IMG/VR virus record: IMGVR_UViG_3300019888_000003
Span: 14,344 to 78,343 of that record
Length of the DNA: 64,000 bases
Strand: one strand, 5' to 3'
Source of the DNA: a virus
The notes under the pieces were generated by a model. The model made no database searches. It saw only the letters and a program-made list of their open reading frames with translations, and was not told the origin of the DNA. This document shows positions 46,886-56,351 of this stretch, piece after piece (position 1 is the first letter of the stretch; each line of letters starts with the position of its first letter). The translations under genes and the position numbers were made by a program.

Positions 46886-47428
46886 ATGCCACGTGCAGCA
46901 GCGATAAAAAATCCCACCACGCTCAAGGAGATGGAGAAGTACGAAGGCACGCTCTACGTCCGCAACAACACCCCGCACGCGGTGAGTTGCAACACCAAGG
47001 ACCAGCAGTTTCTTCTGGAACCCAGTGGGCACGACGGCAGTATCCAGGTGATGCCCAAGGGATGTCTGACGCAGTCGGGATTCGTGAAGATTTGGAAGCG
47101 AGGAGACCTCACCATCTCACCGGATCTGGAGGACGAAGCCTCGGAGGCATCCGAGCGGGTGGCATTGGCGGAGAAAAAGCGCCTCGATGCCATCTCGGCG
47201 ATGACCGAGGAGAACGCCTCGAACAAGGACTTGGTGGAGGCCAAGTGTTTGATCAGTGGTGAGCTGGTCTTTCAGTCTCAGCAGGATGTGAACGACCTAG
47301 TGCCACCCCTCGCGGAACGGTATAAGAATCGAGCGTACGAGTTCGTCCCGACGCAGGTGCAGCAGCCGGACGGGACGGTCAGAACAACGTTCAACCGCAC
47401 CCAGATCAGTACGGACACGATTACATAG
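46886..47428 (+). CDS. Hypothetical structural protein
   Basis: AAGGAGAGG RBS; TLYVRNNT domain paralogous to the 35825 gene. Confidence 0.7.
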   Translation: MPRAAAIKNPTTLKEMEKYEGTLYVRNNTPHAVSCNTKDQQFLLEPSGHDGSIQVMPKGCLTQSGFVKIWKRGDLTISPDLEDEASEASERVALAEKKRLDAISAMTEENASNKDLVEAKCLISGELVFQSQQDVNDLVPPLAERYKNRAYEFVPTQVQQPDGTVRTTFNRTQISTDTIT

Positions 47429-47439
47429 GGAGGCCAATC

Positions 47440-47868
47440 ATGGCTGACGAGACTACCAAGTTGCCTGATTCGGTTTCGGACCCGGCAGAGGCACCTCTCA
47501 GTGATGCCGATGTCGTAGCCAAGCTCCCCTTCGGAGATTCTCGCCCGGCCAGTGATCCTCCGCCCTTCGCTGAGGAGCACAACGACTCCGTCCGGAATCT
47601 GAACGACGGTGCTGCGGCGAATGCCATGCGAGCGGAGGCCGATCCCGACATCGACACCGACGCCGTTCACCGGATGGCGTACCAGGTCGGGCAGTTCGAC
47701 ACGTCGACGGGAGAGAGCGTGTTGGCCTCTCTCGCCTTCCCGCCGCCCGCAGCAGTGGCATCGGAAAAGGCGGTACTGGATGCCAATGCGGCGCGAGCTG
47801 TCGTGGACCCGAAGTCTCCGGTCGTACGTGAGGACGGCGCTCCCGCTGACTTCGACACCAGGAAGTGA
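47440..47868 (+). CDS. Acidic hypothetical protein
   Basis: GGGAGG RBS. Confidence 0.65.
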   Translation: MADETTKLPDSVSDPAEAPLSDADVVAKLPFGDSRPASDPPPFAEEHNDSVRNLNDGAAANAMRAEADPDIDTDAVHRMAYQVGQFDTSTGESVLASLAFPPPAAVASEKAVLDANAARAVVDPKSPVVREDGAPADFDTRK

Positions 47869-47933
47869 TTCGGTCGTGACGAGGGCCGCTGCGGTGGCTC
47901 TCGTTGCGCGGCTTCCATCGACGGAGGAGAACA

Positions 47934-48872
47934 GTGCCTAGTACGTTCCCGACCACCAACGATGTGTTCACTGAGCCTTCTGCGCCGGAGACCACACCGT
48001 TGTCCTCTGCTGGTACTGGCAGCAAGAACCACCTCGAACACCATCGAGACCTCGGTGACGCCATCGAGGCGTTGGAAACCAACGTCGCGCTCAAGACGCA
48101 CGACCATTCCGGCACTGAGGCTCGTCCCACTTCCAAACTGCTTCAAACCAATACGCACCAGAGTCCCGACACCGACATCGGGCCTACTTCTCTGCACCAC
48201 ACGCTTGGTACCGGAGTGAATCAGGCGGCGCGGGGCAACCACACGCACGACTACAACAGCGCTTCGATCACCGGACAGCCCTACATCATCTGCACGTCGA
48301 CGACTCGGCCTGCTGCGCCTTGGTACGGGATGCAGATCTACGAGACCAACACCAATCGGGTGCGGGTGTGGGCGCAGTGGCCGACCGATGTGGCTCCGCG
48401 TTGGGTGCTGTTGCCGGTGGCGGATGTGCCCTCGATTCGACTGCTCCAGGGCACGCGGCAGCAGATCTATCCGGCGGGAACTCAGATCGAGTTCCGCATC
48501 GAAGAAGAGGACAGTTTCGGCAATTTCAACTCCGTGACTTCGATGACCGATATCGTCATCAGCGAGCCGGGGCTGTACTCCATCGACGCGGCGGTGGCGT
48601 GGAACAACACCGATCTCTTCTCCGACAATGCCATGACCGTCATCACGCTCAACGGGCAGGAAACCACTCGCAAGAATTGGGAGTTCGTTCGCGGTAACTT
48701 CTTCACTCCGGGCTTTCCGCAGAGCGTGCCGGTCTCGGCCAAGCTCAGGTTCGCGACGGGGGATCGGTTGGGGTTGAAGGCCAAGCACAATGGCTTTAAT
48801 TGGCAGTGGAGTTACTCCAACACCAGCGACAAGATGGACACTCGCATGGATGTCCTTTACCTTAAGCCCTGA
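47934..48872 (+). CDS. Minor tail / collar fibre protein
   Basis: GGAGGAG RBS; HDHSG, HHTLG...GNHTH and ICTSTTRP...GMQIYET motifs, then a C1q/TNF-like C-terminal region. Confidence 0.7.
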   Translation: MPSTFPTTNDVFTEPSAPETTPLSSAGTGSKNHLEHHRDLGDAIEALETNVALKTHDHSGTEARPTSKLLQTNTHQSPDTDIGPTSLHHTLGTGVNQAARGNHTHDYNSASITGQPYIICTSTTRPAAPWYGMQIYETNTNRVRVWAQWPTDVAPRWVLLPVADVPSIRLLQGTRQQIYPAGTQIEFRIEEEDSFGNFNSVTSMTDIVISEPGLYSIDAAVAWNNTDLFSDNAMTVITLNGQETTRKNWEFVRGNFFTPGFPQSVPVSAKLRFATGDRLGLKAKHNGFNWQWSYSNTSDKMDTRMDVLYLKP

Positions 48873-49369
48873 TTAGAGGAGGAACGTTGCTTAGTTCTCC
48901 TGTTCGCCTCTGCTCTTCGCTCCCTATCGCGAAGACAGATATGGCAGGTTTTCGTAGGGTTGCGACCTACTCCTCTGCTGACAATCACGGTGTTTTCGGT
49001 AGTGAGTTCGTGGTTGTTGGTGCATCTTGTGCGTTGTTGTTGCCAGTGGTTGCCGTTACGGACGCAATCCTCGTTATTCTGTTTCGGCGTACCCCAGTAC
49101 AAATTTCCAACTCGGTTGTCGGTCTTGATGTCGTTGTGATGAAGCAACCACAATCCTTCAGGCCGAGGTTCGAGGTAGGCGAGGGCCACCAGGTCTCCGA
49201 CTCGCTCGACAGTGGCCGTGGAATCGTCGCCGTAGTAGATCGAGACGCGGGGATATCCCTTAGCTCCGACGTTTTGCTTGAGAGCACGACCGTGCTTCCA
49301 GCGACGATAGGAGATCACCTCTCCCTCAGGGGTGACTGTGTATCCGCTAGTAATGGTTCGTTCTTCCAC
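48857..49369 (-). CDS. NUMOD4-like/HNH homing endonuclease (probably leaderless)
   Basis: YTVTPEGEV, GYPRV, LVALAYL, HHNDIKTDNRVGNLYWGTPKQN, CTNNHE...CHIC. TAGAAT lies 7 nt upstream of GTG 49369. Confidence 0.88.
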   Translation of the reverse strand: MEERTITSGYTVTPEGEVISYRRWKHGRALKQNVGAKGYPRVSIYYGDDSTATVERVGDLVALAYLEPRPEGLWLLHHNDIKTDNRVGNLYWGTPKQNNEDCVRNGNHWQQQRTRCTNNHELTTENTVIVSRGVGRNPTKTCHICLRDRERRAEANRRTKQRSSSNQGLR

Positions 49370-49407
49370 AAGCACAATTCTAGTATTGGCAATGGACGGG
49401 TGACACA

Positions 49408-50388
49408 ATGACTGCACCGTCTCCTTATCAGGGCTTGGGTGTGTTCTCGCCCAAGGTCAATTCGTTCTCCATCGCTCGCAAGCAGATCAGCCAGAATGGT
49501 GCGGGCGTGCTCGGCCTGCGGATTGTCGGCACTGACGGCACGCTGGTTGATGCGACCGGGGTGGCAGTAATAATTTATCTCGACCCGGATTTCGACGAGA
49601 CCAATGCTTTCCCCGACGAGAATCCACTCGGCACGGAGTTGGCCGATTACACCGGGACACAGGTCGTGCGAGAGGGGCAGGGCGTCTACTCGGTGCAGAT
49701 CGGGCAGGACATCAGCAAGGATCGTGGCAATCTCACGGCGGTGTGGAGCTATACCGTCGAGGGGCATTCGTTCCTCTACACCGATTACCTCCAGGTCATC
49801 GAACATATGCCCCATTACGATCTGCTCCGCGAGGACGAGAAGGACATCGTCGAGCAGGTCACTTGGATGTTCGCGGACCTGTTCGATTCCACCAACGGCG
49901 GGCCCAATCTCACTGAGAATTTCCAGACGCACTTTGGCTACGAACGCATCGCGCAGCTGATGAAATTCGCCATGATCCGCATCAACACTCAGGGTGTTCC
50001 ACTGATGAATTTCGGTGTGGGAGAAGGGGATACGCGGTTGCCGGATCAGTTCACCGGGCTCATGGTGATGGCGACCTACCTCGAAGTGATGTTGCATTTC
50101 GTGCGCTCCTACGTTGAGCAGCCCGATTTCAAGGGAATGGCGGTCACTTACACCGATCGGCGTGATTACTACCAGCGATGGAAGCAGCTCTACGACGACG
50201 AGAAAAGAAATTTCGACAAGCAACTCATCTACGCCAAGCGCAAGTTCCTGAGCCTCGGTTCCGGTTCGCTGTTGGTGGCGGGTGGCATCTTCGGCGGGGC
50301 GGGGCGGTACTTCCGCTCGGGCACGTACTCTGCGCAACTCCGGTCTCAGAGGTTCTACCCCTACGCGAGCGCAGTCTTCATCAGGTAG
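49408..50388 (+). CDS. Head-to-tail adaptor (neck protein)
   Basis: Position before the sheath; DLFDSTNGGP and DRRDYYQRW motifs. Confidence 0.6.
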   Translation: MTAPSPYQGLGVFSPKVNSFSIARKQISQNGAGVLGLRIVGTDGTLVDATGVAVIIYLDPDFDETNAFPDENPLGTELADYTGTQVVREGQGVYSVQIGQDISKDRGNLTAVWSYTVEGHSFLYTDYLQVIEHMPHYDLLREDEKDIVEQVTWMFADLFDSTNGGPNLTENFQTHFGYERIAQLMKFAMIRINTQGVPLMNFGVGEGDTRLPDQFTGLMVMATYLEVMLHFVRSYVEQPDFKGMAVTYTDRRDYYQRWKQLYDDEKRNFDKQLIYAKRKFLSLGSGSLLVAGGIFGGAGRYFRSGTYSAQLRSQRFYPYASAVFIR

Positions 50389-50404
50389 GAGGAGGCTGTA
50401 GATC

Positions 50405-51013
50405 ATGGCACGTGTAGACCTCGTCGAACCGTTCGCGATTCGCAGCGCGCGCAAGTGCGTGCGTGAATCGTTGATGGCACATGGTGAGGAAGTCATCGCG
50501 CTCAAGATGTATCACCCGTTCCCCGACGAAGGTGTGCAGCCTCGGTGCCCGAATTGCTATGACGACGTCTACAAGGCGGGCGAGAAGTTCGATTGCACGG
50601 TTTGCTACGGCACCACGTTTCAGGGTGGGGTAAAAGAGCTGTCGCGGATGTGGGCGATGTTCACCAACAACACCGACGACGAGCAGATCAACAAGCGGGG
50701 CGTGTGGCAGAGCACCAATCGCCAGGTGCAGATGGAGGCCAACCCAGGTCTCTGGGAGAATGATTACCTGATTCGTGTCAGGCGCTGGTCACAGGATCAC
50801 AAGCCGTTGGATTTTGCCGATGCCTATGTGCTCGGCGGTGTCACGGAGGAGACGCTGCGCACCGGGAATCAATTCGTGCAGGACAACAACGATCGGGTGG
50901 GCCAGCGCACCAAGGCGGACGGTCTGACTCCCGACCACGTTATCTACAAGGTGATCGGACGGCTCGTCTCCCCTGACTTTCCGGTGCTGCGCACGGACGG
51001 GCTGTCACGATGA
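50405..51013 (+). CDS. Neck / head-closure protein with a zinc motif
   Basis: CPNC...CTVCYGTTFQGG; position in the neck cluster. Confidence 0.55.
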   Translation: MARVDLVEPFAIRSARKCVRESLMAHGEEVIALKMYHPFPDEGVQPRCPNCYDDVYKAGEKFDCTVCYGTTFQGGVKELSRMWAMFTNNTDDEQINKRGVWQSTNRQVQMEANPGLWENDYLIRVRRWSQDHKPLDFADAYVLGGVTEETLRTGNQFVQDNNDRVGQRTKADGLTPDHVIYKVIGRLVSPDFPVLRTDGLSR

Positions 51014-51498
51014 GCCGTATCCCGATCCCGCTTTCCGTGAGCAGACAGATATCGGAGTTGGCCGTTCGGCGCGCTCGGGAGAGTATGCAGCGGCGCAATT
51101 GGTCCCAGCGCGCGCAAGGTGCGCTTCAGCCTTCTGCCGACATCGGCAAGGTGGGCATCCGCACGACGGTCAACTATTTGATGTTTCAGGAAAAAGGTTT
51201 CGGGCCGTTCCTGATGACGTCGCTCGAAGGCAAGACGGTCCCGATCAAGGGCAGGTTCTACCGAGTCAAGGGGGTGGGGCTGCCAGGAATGGGCTATCAG
51301 GACCGCAAGTACGATCCGGTTCGGGGTCCGGTGTGGCGAGCGCAGCGCTGGCGGCATCCGGGCATCCGTCCCGAGCGGTTCATGCAGAACGCCATCAGTC
51401 GGGCCATTCTGGAAAGCCGCGCTACGTTACTGGATCAGGTCATGCACGCGCTGTCGGGAGGTGATACCAATGTCCTTCGCCAGCACCCGCATCAATGA
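51010..51498 (+). CDS. Basic neck / tail-completion protein
   Basis: WRHPGIRPERFMQNAI motif; ATGA coupling. Confidence 0.55.
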   Translation: MSRIPIPLSVSRQISELAVRRARESMQRRNWSQRAQGALQPSADIGKVGIRTTVNYLMFQEKGFGPFLMTSLEGKTVPIKGRFYRVKGVGLPGMGYQDRKYDPVRGPVWRAQRWRHPGIRPERFMQNAISRAILESRATLLDQVMHALSGGDTNVLRQHPHQ

Positions 51499-52180
51499 GA
51501 TTTTTCCGGGTAGTTCCGGTGGTGTGATCGAAGCGGTCAAGCGCGGTCTGGTACTCGCTCTTCGAGAGGCGCTCAACGCCACCACGTTGTCCGACGACAA
51601 GCCCGGTGAGGGCGAGCAGGGCACTCCCATTCATGTCGACCTCGAATACCCCATCGAGCAGACGCAGTATCCGGGCATCTGGGTGCAGTTCTCACTCAGC
51701 ACTCTGCGGCCTTCGGGGTTGGGCATGGCGGTGCAGGATCATGAGTCCGGGGACGTCTTGCAGCAGTGCAGTTACACCGGACGGGTGACGTTGTATCTGG
51801 TAGCGCTTACGTCTATCGCGCGGGACCGCTTGGCCGACTACATCCTGGCGATGTTGGCGTTTTCGCGCATACCCAATCCCAATCTGTTCACCGAGAACGG
51901 TTTCACCGATTCCTTCTCTCCGATCTACTCCGCTTTCCAAGACAATCCCTACATCTCCATGACCGTGAACTCCGACGAGATTCGTCCGGGCGGGCAGTCG
52001 GTCACGGTCGGGGTGCCCTGGGACGACAGTCAGATCGCCTACGAGGACAGTTACAGCTTCGATGTGCAAGGGGAGTTCATGCTGGTGACAACCAACGGTG
52101 GGTACTACCGAATCCAACGAATCGACATCGAGCCACAGCTTGCGTCGGGAATTCCGGTTGACGACGAGGGGTGGATGTAG
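51470..52180 (+). CDS. Tail terminator-like protein
   Basis: EYP...YPGIWVQFS motif; directly upstream of the sheath. Confidence 0.55.
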   Translation: MSFASTRINEIFPGSSGGVIEAVKRGLVLALREALNATTLSDDKPGEGEQGTPIHVDLEYPIEQTQYPGIWVQFSLSTLRPSGLGMAVQDHESGDVLQQCSYTGRVTLYLVALTSIARDRLADYILAMLAFSRIPNPNLFTENGFTDSFSPIYSAFQDNPYISMTVNSDEIRPGGQSVTVGVPWDDSQIAYEDSYSFDVQGEFMLVTTNGGYYRIQRIDIEPQLASGIPVDDEGWM

Positions 52181-52294
52181 GTCGGCGTCCTGTCAATGCC
52201 TGGAGTTTCCGGCACAAGATGAGAGAGCTTCGATATGAACGAAGGTGTGAGCAGTGGTTGATTTCAGCTCAGAGACGACGGTGGGAGCTTCCTG

Positions 52295-53746
52295 ATGGTC
52301 GATTTCAGCAAATATCAGCCTCCCGGTCTCTACACGGAGGCGGTGCCGGGGCCTCAGTTGTCGGTGCAGTCGGCGACCCCGACTGCTGTGGGAATCTTCG
52401 GTATCACGGTGGGCTTTCGTCAGCAGGTCGAATCTCTTGTGGTCGATCCCGATACCCAGAACCCCGATACCACGTTCTCCCCGGCCATCAACCGAAGTCT
52501 TCGGCAGGCCGGTATCCGCACGGACACCATCGCGGTGCGCAATCCCAACAGCGGTGTGGCTTACGTACTCAACACCGATTACACCGTGTTCCTGGTGAGC
52601 GGTGGCCAGTCGTCCATCTCCACGCGTGACAATCTCTACACCATTCAGCGCGTGATTTCCGGTGGTCACATTCTGCAAGGTGACACGATCGAGGTCAGTT
52701 ACAACTTCACCGACGACAACTACTTCACGGCGCAGACTTTCTACGACTACGACGACGTGCGAGATGCCTACGGCACCCCGTTCGACGCGTCGGGCAATAT
52801 TCAGTCCGAGTTGTCCCTTGCGGTCAACATCGCTTTCACCAACGGCGCACAGCGCGTGGTGTGCGCGGCGGTGGACCCTGTGGACAAGGACAATCCCACA
52901 CTCTCGGATTATCAGGCAGCCCTGGACACGCTCAAGGACGTGGACGATGTGTCGGTGGTGGTTCCGGCAACCGGCATCCAGGCAATTCAGTCGGCGGTGC
53001 AGGCGCACGTTCTCCAGCAGTCGCTCAACCGCTACGAACGTCGCGCCATTCTCGGGCGAGACGGGGCGGGTGCAGCAGTGTCCAGCGCTCAGCTCATTTC
53101 CGATGCCAACGCACTCACCGACTCCCGGATCGCGCTGGTGTCTCCGGCCACGATGAAATACTTTGCACCGGAGTTGAACAAGGAAATCGTCATCGGCGGT
53201 CAGTTTCTCGCCGCCGCTGCGGCGGGTATCTCGGTGGCCCAACTTCCTTCGATTCCGCTCACTCGCAAGCAGGTGCGAGGATTCACGGCGGTTGGGGTCA
53301 AAGAGCAACAGGGTCAGCTCAACCTGGAGTCCCAGAACGGGCTCATGGTCACCGAATTGACCCGCCAGGGTGCGTTGCGCATCAGGCACGGTGTCACCAC
53401 GAATGCAGGAGACACTCTGGTGCGCGAGTGGAACGTCATCGGTCAGCAGGACGCGATGGTCTATCGGCTACGGGCATATTTGGACAACGATCAGCTCATC
53501 GGCGGTATCGTCGACGATTTGACCTTGACCAATGTCAAGGCCTCCGCTGACGCAGCGCTTCAGTCTCTCGTCACCGATCGGGTGGTGCGGGGCTATGCAG
53601 ACCTCAAGGTGCGTCAGCTCGGAACGCAGCCTGATGTGGTGGAGATCCGTTTCGCCTGGCAACCCAGCCTGCCACTCAACTACATAGTTGTTCGATACTC
53701 CGTTTCCATCTCGACCGGGGCCTCGACCTCGCTCACGTCGGTCTGA
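52295..53746 (+). CDS. Tail sheath protein
   Basis: YQPPGLYTE N-terminus, ERRAILG, PLTRKQVRGF, IRHGVTT, WQPSLPLNYI. Confidence 0.92.
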   Translation: MVDFSKYQPPGLYTEAVPGPQLSVQSATPTAVGIFGITVGFRQQVESLVVDPDTQNPDTTFSPAINRSLRQAGIRTDTIAVRNPNSGVAYVLNTDYTVFLVSGGQSSISTRDNLYTIQRVISGGHILQGDTIEVSYNFTDDNYFTAQTFYDYDDVRDAYGTPFDASGNIQSELSLAVNIAFTNGAQRVVCAAVDPVDKDNPTLSDYQAALDTLKDVDDVSVVVPATGIQAIQSAVQAHVLQQSLNRYERRAILGRDGAGAAVSSAQLISDANALTDSRIALVSPATMKYFAPELNKEIVIGGQFLAAAAAGISVAQLPSIPLTRKQVRGFTAVGVKEQQGQLNLESQNGLMVTELTRQGALRIRHGVTTNAGDTLVREWNVIGQQDAMVYRLRAYLDNDQLIGGIVDDLTLTNVKASADAALQSLVTDRVVRGYADLKVRQLGTQPDVVEIRFAWQPSLPLNYIVVRYSVSISTGASTSLTSV

Positions 53747-53771
53747 TCAGCGAAAGGTGTTGTGAGACAAC

Positions 53772-54242
53772 ATGAGCCAGTCACAAGTCAGAGTTGGCGG
53801 TAGTGGCTTCACGGTGATGACTTGGCAGGGTCAGCGTCTTGCCTACCTTCAGACCGTCGACGACCGGGCCCCGCAGGCGGTGTCGCCAGCGGAGGCGATT
53901 CAGCCCATCGACGAGGAACACCCCATCGAGATCATCACCTCGCAGGCGGTGCGGGCGGGCACGCTTTCGTTGCGCTTCTACGAAATCTGGAATGCCCCGG
54001 TATGGGCACAACTCCCTGGTTTCGAGGGCACCAACAATTTGCTCGACGTGCTCAAGCGTCAGCTCACCAGTGGGGCCATCACGTGCCGAAAAATTATCAA
54101 GAATCCGAATGGGAGCTACCGGACGCGGGTATACAACAACTGCGTCATCGTCGACTTCGACGAGAGTGAACGAGTGGAGATTGGGACCATGAGTCTCCCC
54201 AAGGAGGTTCGCGTGCAATACACCCATACATCATTCGTCTAG
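53772..54242 (+). CDS. Tail tube protein
   Basis: 156 aa, directly after the sheath; RVGGSGFT and IQPIDEEHPIEI motifs. Confidence 0.85.
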   Translation: MSQSQVRVGGSGFTVMTWQGQRLAYLQTVDDRAPQAVSPAEAIQPIDEEHPIEIITSQAVRAGTLSLRFYEIWNAPVWAQLPGFEGTNNLLDVLKRQLTSGAITCRKIIKNPNGSYRTRVYNNCVIVDFDESERVEIGTMSLPKEVRVQYTHTSFV

Positions 54243-54266
54243 ACGTCTTATGTGTAATATAAGGGT

Positions 54267-55022
54267 ATGACTGATGAGATACCCAGGAAGAAACGTCGTT
54301 CGCCCTCACTAGAAACTAGGGAGAGGATGCGCTTAGCTGCGCTGAATCGGTCCGAGGAAGCTAATGCTCGTCGGATCGCAGGGATGAAGGCGTCAAAGAA
54401 GTATCAGGAGACTCGCAGTATCCCCTCCGAGGCTCGTAAGGGCATGAAGCACACTGAGGAGCAGCGCGTCAATATCTCCGAAGGGCGTCAGAAGGCGAAG
54501 TCCGAGGGTCGGGGTGTCGGCTGGAAGCACACTCCCGAGATGATCGAACACATGAAGGCCAAGCGCGCGGAGATGTGGGCCGAGGGGCGCTACAAGGACA
54601 TGAAGCCAGCGTCCAGACGCCGGGTCTCCAAGACCGAGCGAGCACTGGTTCCGTTCCTGGAGGCGCTCGGCTACGAGCATGTGGACGAGGACAATCATTT
54701 TTATATCCACACTCCCGGCAAGGGGATGGTCCCCGATTTCGTGGACCGCAAGAACAAGCGCGTCTTCGAGTACTTCGGGAATTTCTGGCATCATCCCGAC
54801 GACGAGGCGTTCTGGATCGAGCAGTATCGACTTGCCGGGTGGGCTTGCACTGTTTTATGGGAGTCCGACTTGACACAATATGTAGAAGATCATCGCAACC
54901 TGGTGACCGAAGAGGAGGCCGAGGCTGTGCTCGTATTCGCAAGGATGGACGGCATTCTGTCGACGCGGGGCAATCCCAAGCTACCGGGACCTGAGGAGTT
55001 GTCTGCGAGATCCTTCGTCTAG
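54267..55022 (+). CDS. Homing endonuclease: NUMOD3 repeats + PD-(D/E)xK/Vsr-like nuclease
   Basis: KHTEEQR and KHTPEM NUMOD3 repeats; PDF...EYFGNFWH...LWE. TAATAT lies 6 nt upstream of the ATG (leaderless). Confidence 0.8.
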   Translation: MTDEIPRKKRRSPSLETRERMRLAALNRSEEANARRIAGMKASKKYQETRSIPSEARKGMKHTEEQRVNISEGRQKAKSEGRGVGWKHTPEMIEHMKAKRAEMWAEGRYKDMKPASRRRVSKTERALVPFLEALGYEHVDEDNHFYIHTPGKGMVPDFVDRKNKRVFEYFGNFWHHPDDEAFWIEQYRLAGWACTVLWESDLTQYVEDHRNLVTEEEAEAVLVFARMDGILSTRGNPKLPGPEELSARSFV

Positions 55023-55057
55023 GCGTTTCCCAACTATTTTATTTCCCAGGAGTCACC

Positions 55058-55153
55058 ATGAACCACGACACTGTCCAGGTGATCATTCTCGTTCTCGTCG
55101 CCATCTCGCTGTTGCTTCAGCTGTTCGGCCTGTCGCGGGGCTTCCGGCCATGA
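55058..55153 (+). CDS. 31-aa membrane peptide
   Basis: AGGAG RBS; MNHDTVQVIILVLVAISLLLQLFGLSRGFRP. Confidence 0.55.
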   Translation: MNHDTVQVIILVLVAISLLLQLFGLSRGFRP

Positions 55154-55305
55154 TCGTTCTCGGCATCGTCCTGTTGATCTTGGGGTTCCTGTTGGGGTTC
55201 CCGCTGCTTTGGTATCTGGGCATCATCTTGCTCATCATCGGGGCTGTGTTGTTCTTTCTGGGCTCTACGGGACGTCCGGTTGGCGGACGAGCTAGGTGGT
55301 ATTGA
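55150..55305 (+). CDS. DUF6131-like small membrane protein (51 aa)
   Basis: MIVLGIVLLILGF...LGSTGRPVGGRARWY; start/stop overlaps on both sides. Confidence 0.7.
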   Translation: MIVLGIVLLILGFLLGFPLLWYLGIILLIIGAVLFFLGSTGRPVGGRARWY

Positions 55306-55763
55306 TGCGCGGTATCGAACGGCAGGCTGATTACTACGGCTTCACCGACCCTGCGGTAGCCGAGCAGGCCGTCAAGGTCGAGTCGGCGACCGTACTCCCA
55401 AGTGACGTTGAAGTCGCTGATCTGGTGCGTCCGCACGGTGTCGGTATCCAGGCCGGAATGTTGTGCCGGGAGCGTGGTTCGTCTTTTAGCCGTGGCCTGC
55501 TTCGGCAGGCCGTCTCGGTGGACGTGGAAGATTACTACCAGCTCGAAACGCAAGGGCTTTCCAGAGACCAGGCGCGTGACGAATTGTCCTCTCGTTACGG
55601 CGATCCCGAATTGGCCAAGGCGTTCAAGAAGGGGTGGGCGACCTCAACGAAGGCCAATCGTAAGGACCTTGAGTACTACGAGAAAAGATATTCTGCCCAA
55701 TACGGCGATATGTGGACGACCGCCTTCTCCGATGGCTGGATGATCCCTGCCGCAGTGTTTTGA
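55305..55763 (+). CDS. Hypothetical protein with RQA-delimited modules
   Basis: TGATG coupling; ERQA and LRQA motifs. Confidence 0.6.
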   Translation: MRGIERQADYYGFTDPAVAEQAVKVESATVLPSDVEVADLVRPHGVGIQAGMLCRERGSSFSRGLLRQAVSVDVEDYYQLETQGLSRDQARDELSSRYGDPELAKAFKKGWATSTKANRKDLEYYEKRYSAQYGDMWTTAFSDGWMIPAAVF

Positions 55764-55808
55764 TCAGTAGACTCCGGCTATAACCACGTCTACTGAGGAG
55801 TGACGCGC

Positions 55809-56351
55809 ATGACCGAGACTCCCGTCGATGAAACTGTGGATGAGGGCATTGCTCCTCCTTCCCAGAAGCCTCTCTCCGATCTTCCAGACCGCATCAGGGT
55901 GGACGACGACCCCGATCCCGATGGTGCCGACGAACAGAAGCCGGAAGATACGGTCACCGAACTGACCGAGGAGGAGCGCGAGCAGTTCAAAACCCTTTTG
56001 ACAGTGGGGCGTCGGACCAAGAAAATCACCGTCCTTGATCATGCGATCACCATTGCGTCCCTCAATTGCGACGACGAGATTCGAGTGGGTGCCAAAACCA
56101 AAGAACATCGCGACAGTCAGGCGTACGGACGGGCGTATCAGTGCGCTGTCGTAGCGGCGTCGATTCGGTCGGTGGATGGGCAGAGCTGGGAAAACACCTT
56201 GGAGGCCAATCCCGACCCGGATGTGGTGTTCGAGAACAAACACGAGAAGGTGCGTCAGTTCTATCCGCTCGTCGTGCAGTACGTCTACAGCGAAGTCATC
56301 AAGCTCGATTCCGAGTTCGCGGCCCTCGCGGAGAAACTGGGAAAACTGTAA
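55809..56351 (+). CDS. Tail assembly chaperone (G-like)
   Basis: Lies between the tube and the tape measure; ends at the slippery G-GGA-AAA site. Confidence 0.85.
   Translation: MTETPVDETVDEGIAPPSQKPLSDLPDRIRVDDDPDPDGADEQKPEDTVTELTEEEREQFKTLLTVGRRTKKITVLDHAITIASLNCDDEIRVGAKTKEHRDSQAYGRAYQCAVVAASIRSVDGQSWENTLEANPDPDVVFENKHEKVRQFYPLVVQYVYSEVIKLDSEFAALAEKLGKL
56339..56345 (+). other. Programmed -1 frameshift site GGGAAAA
   Basis: CTG GGA AAA CTG TAA; the -1 frame is open to 56710. Confidence 0.88.
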
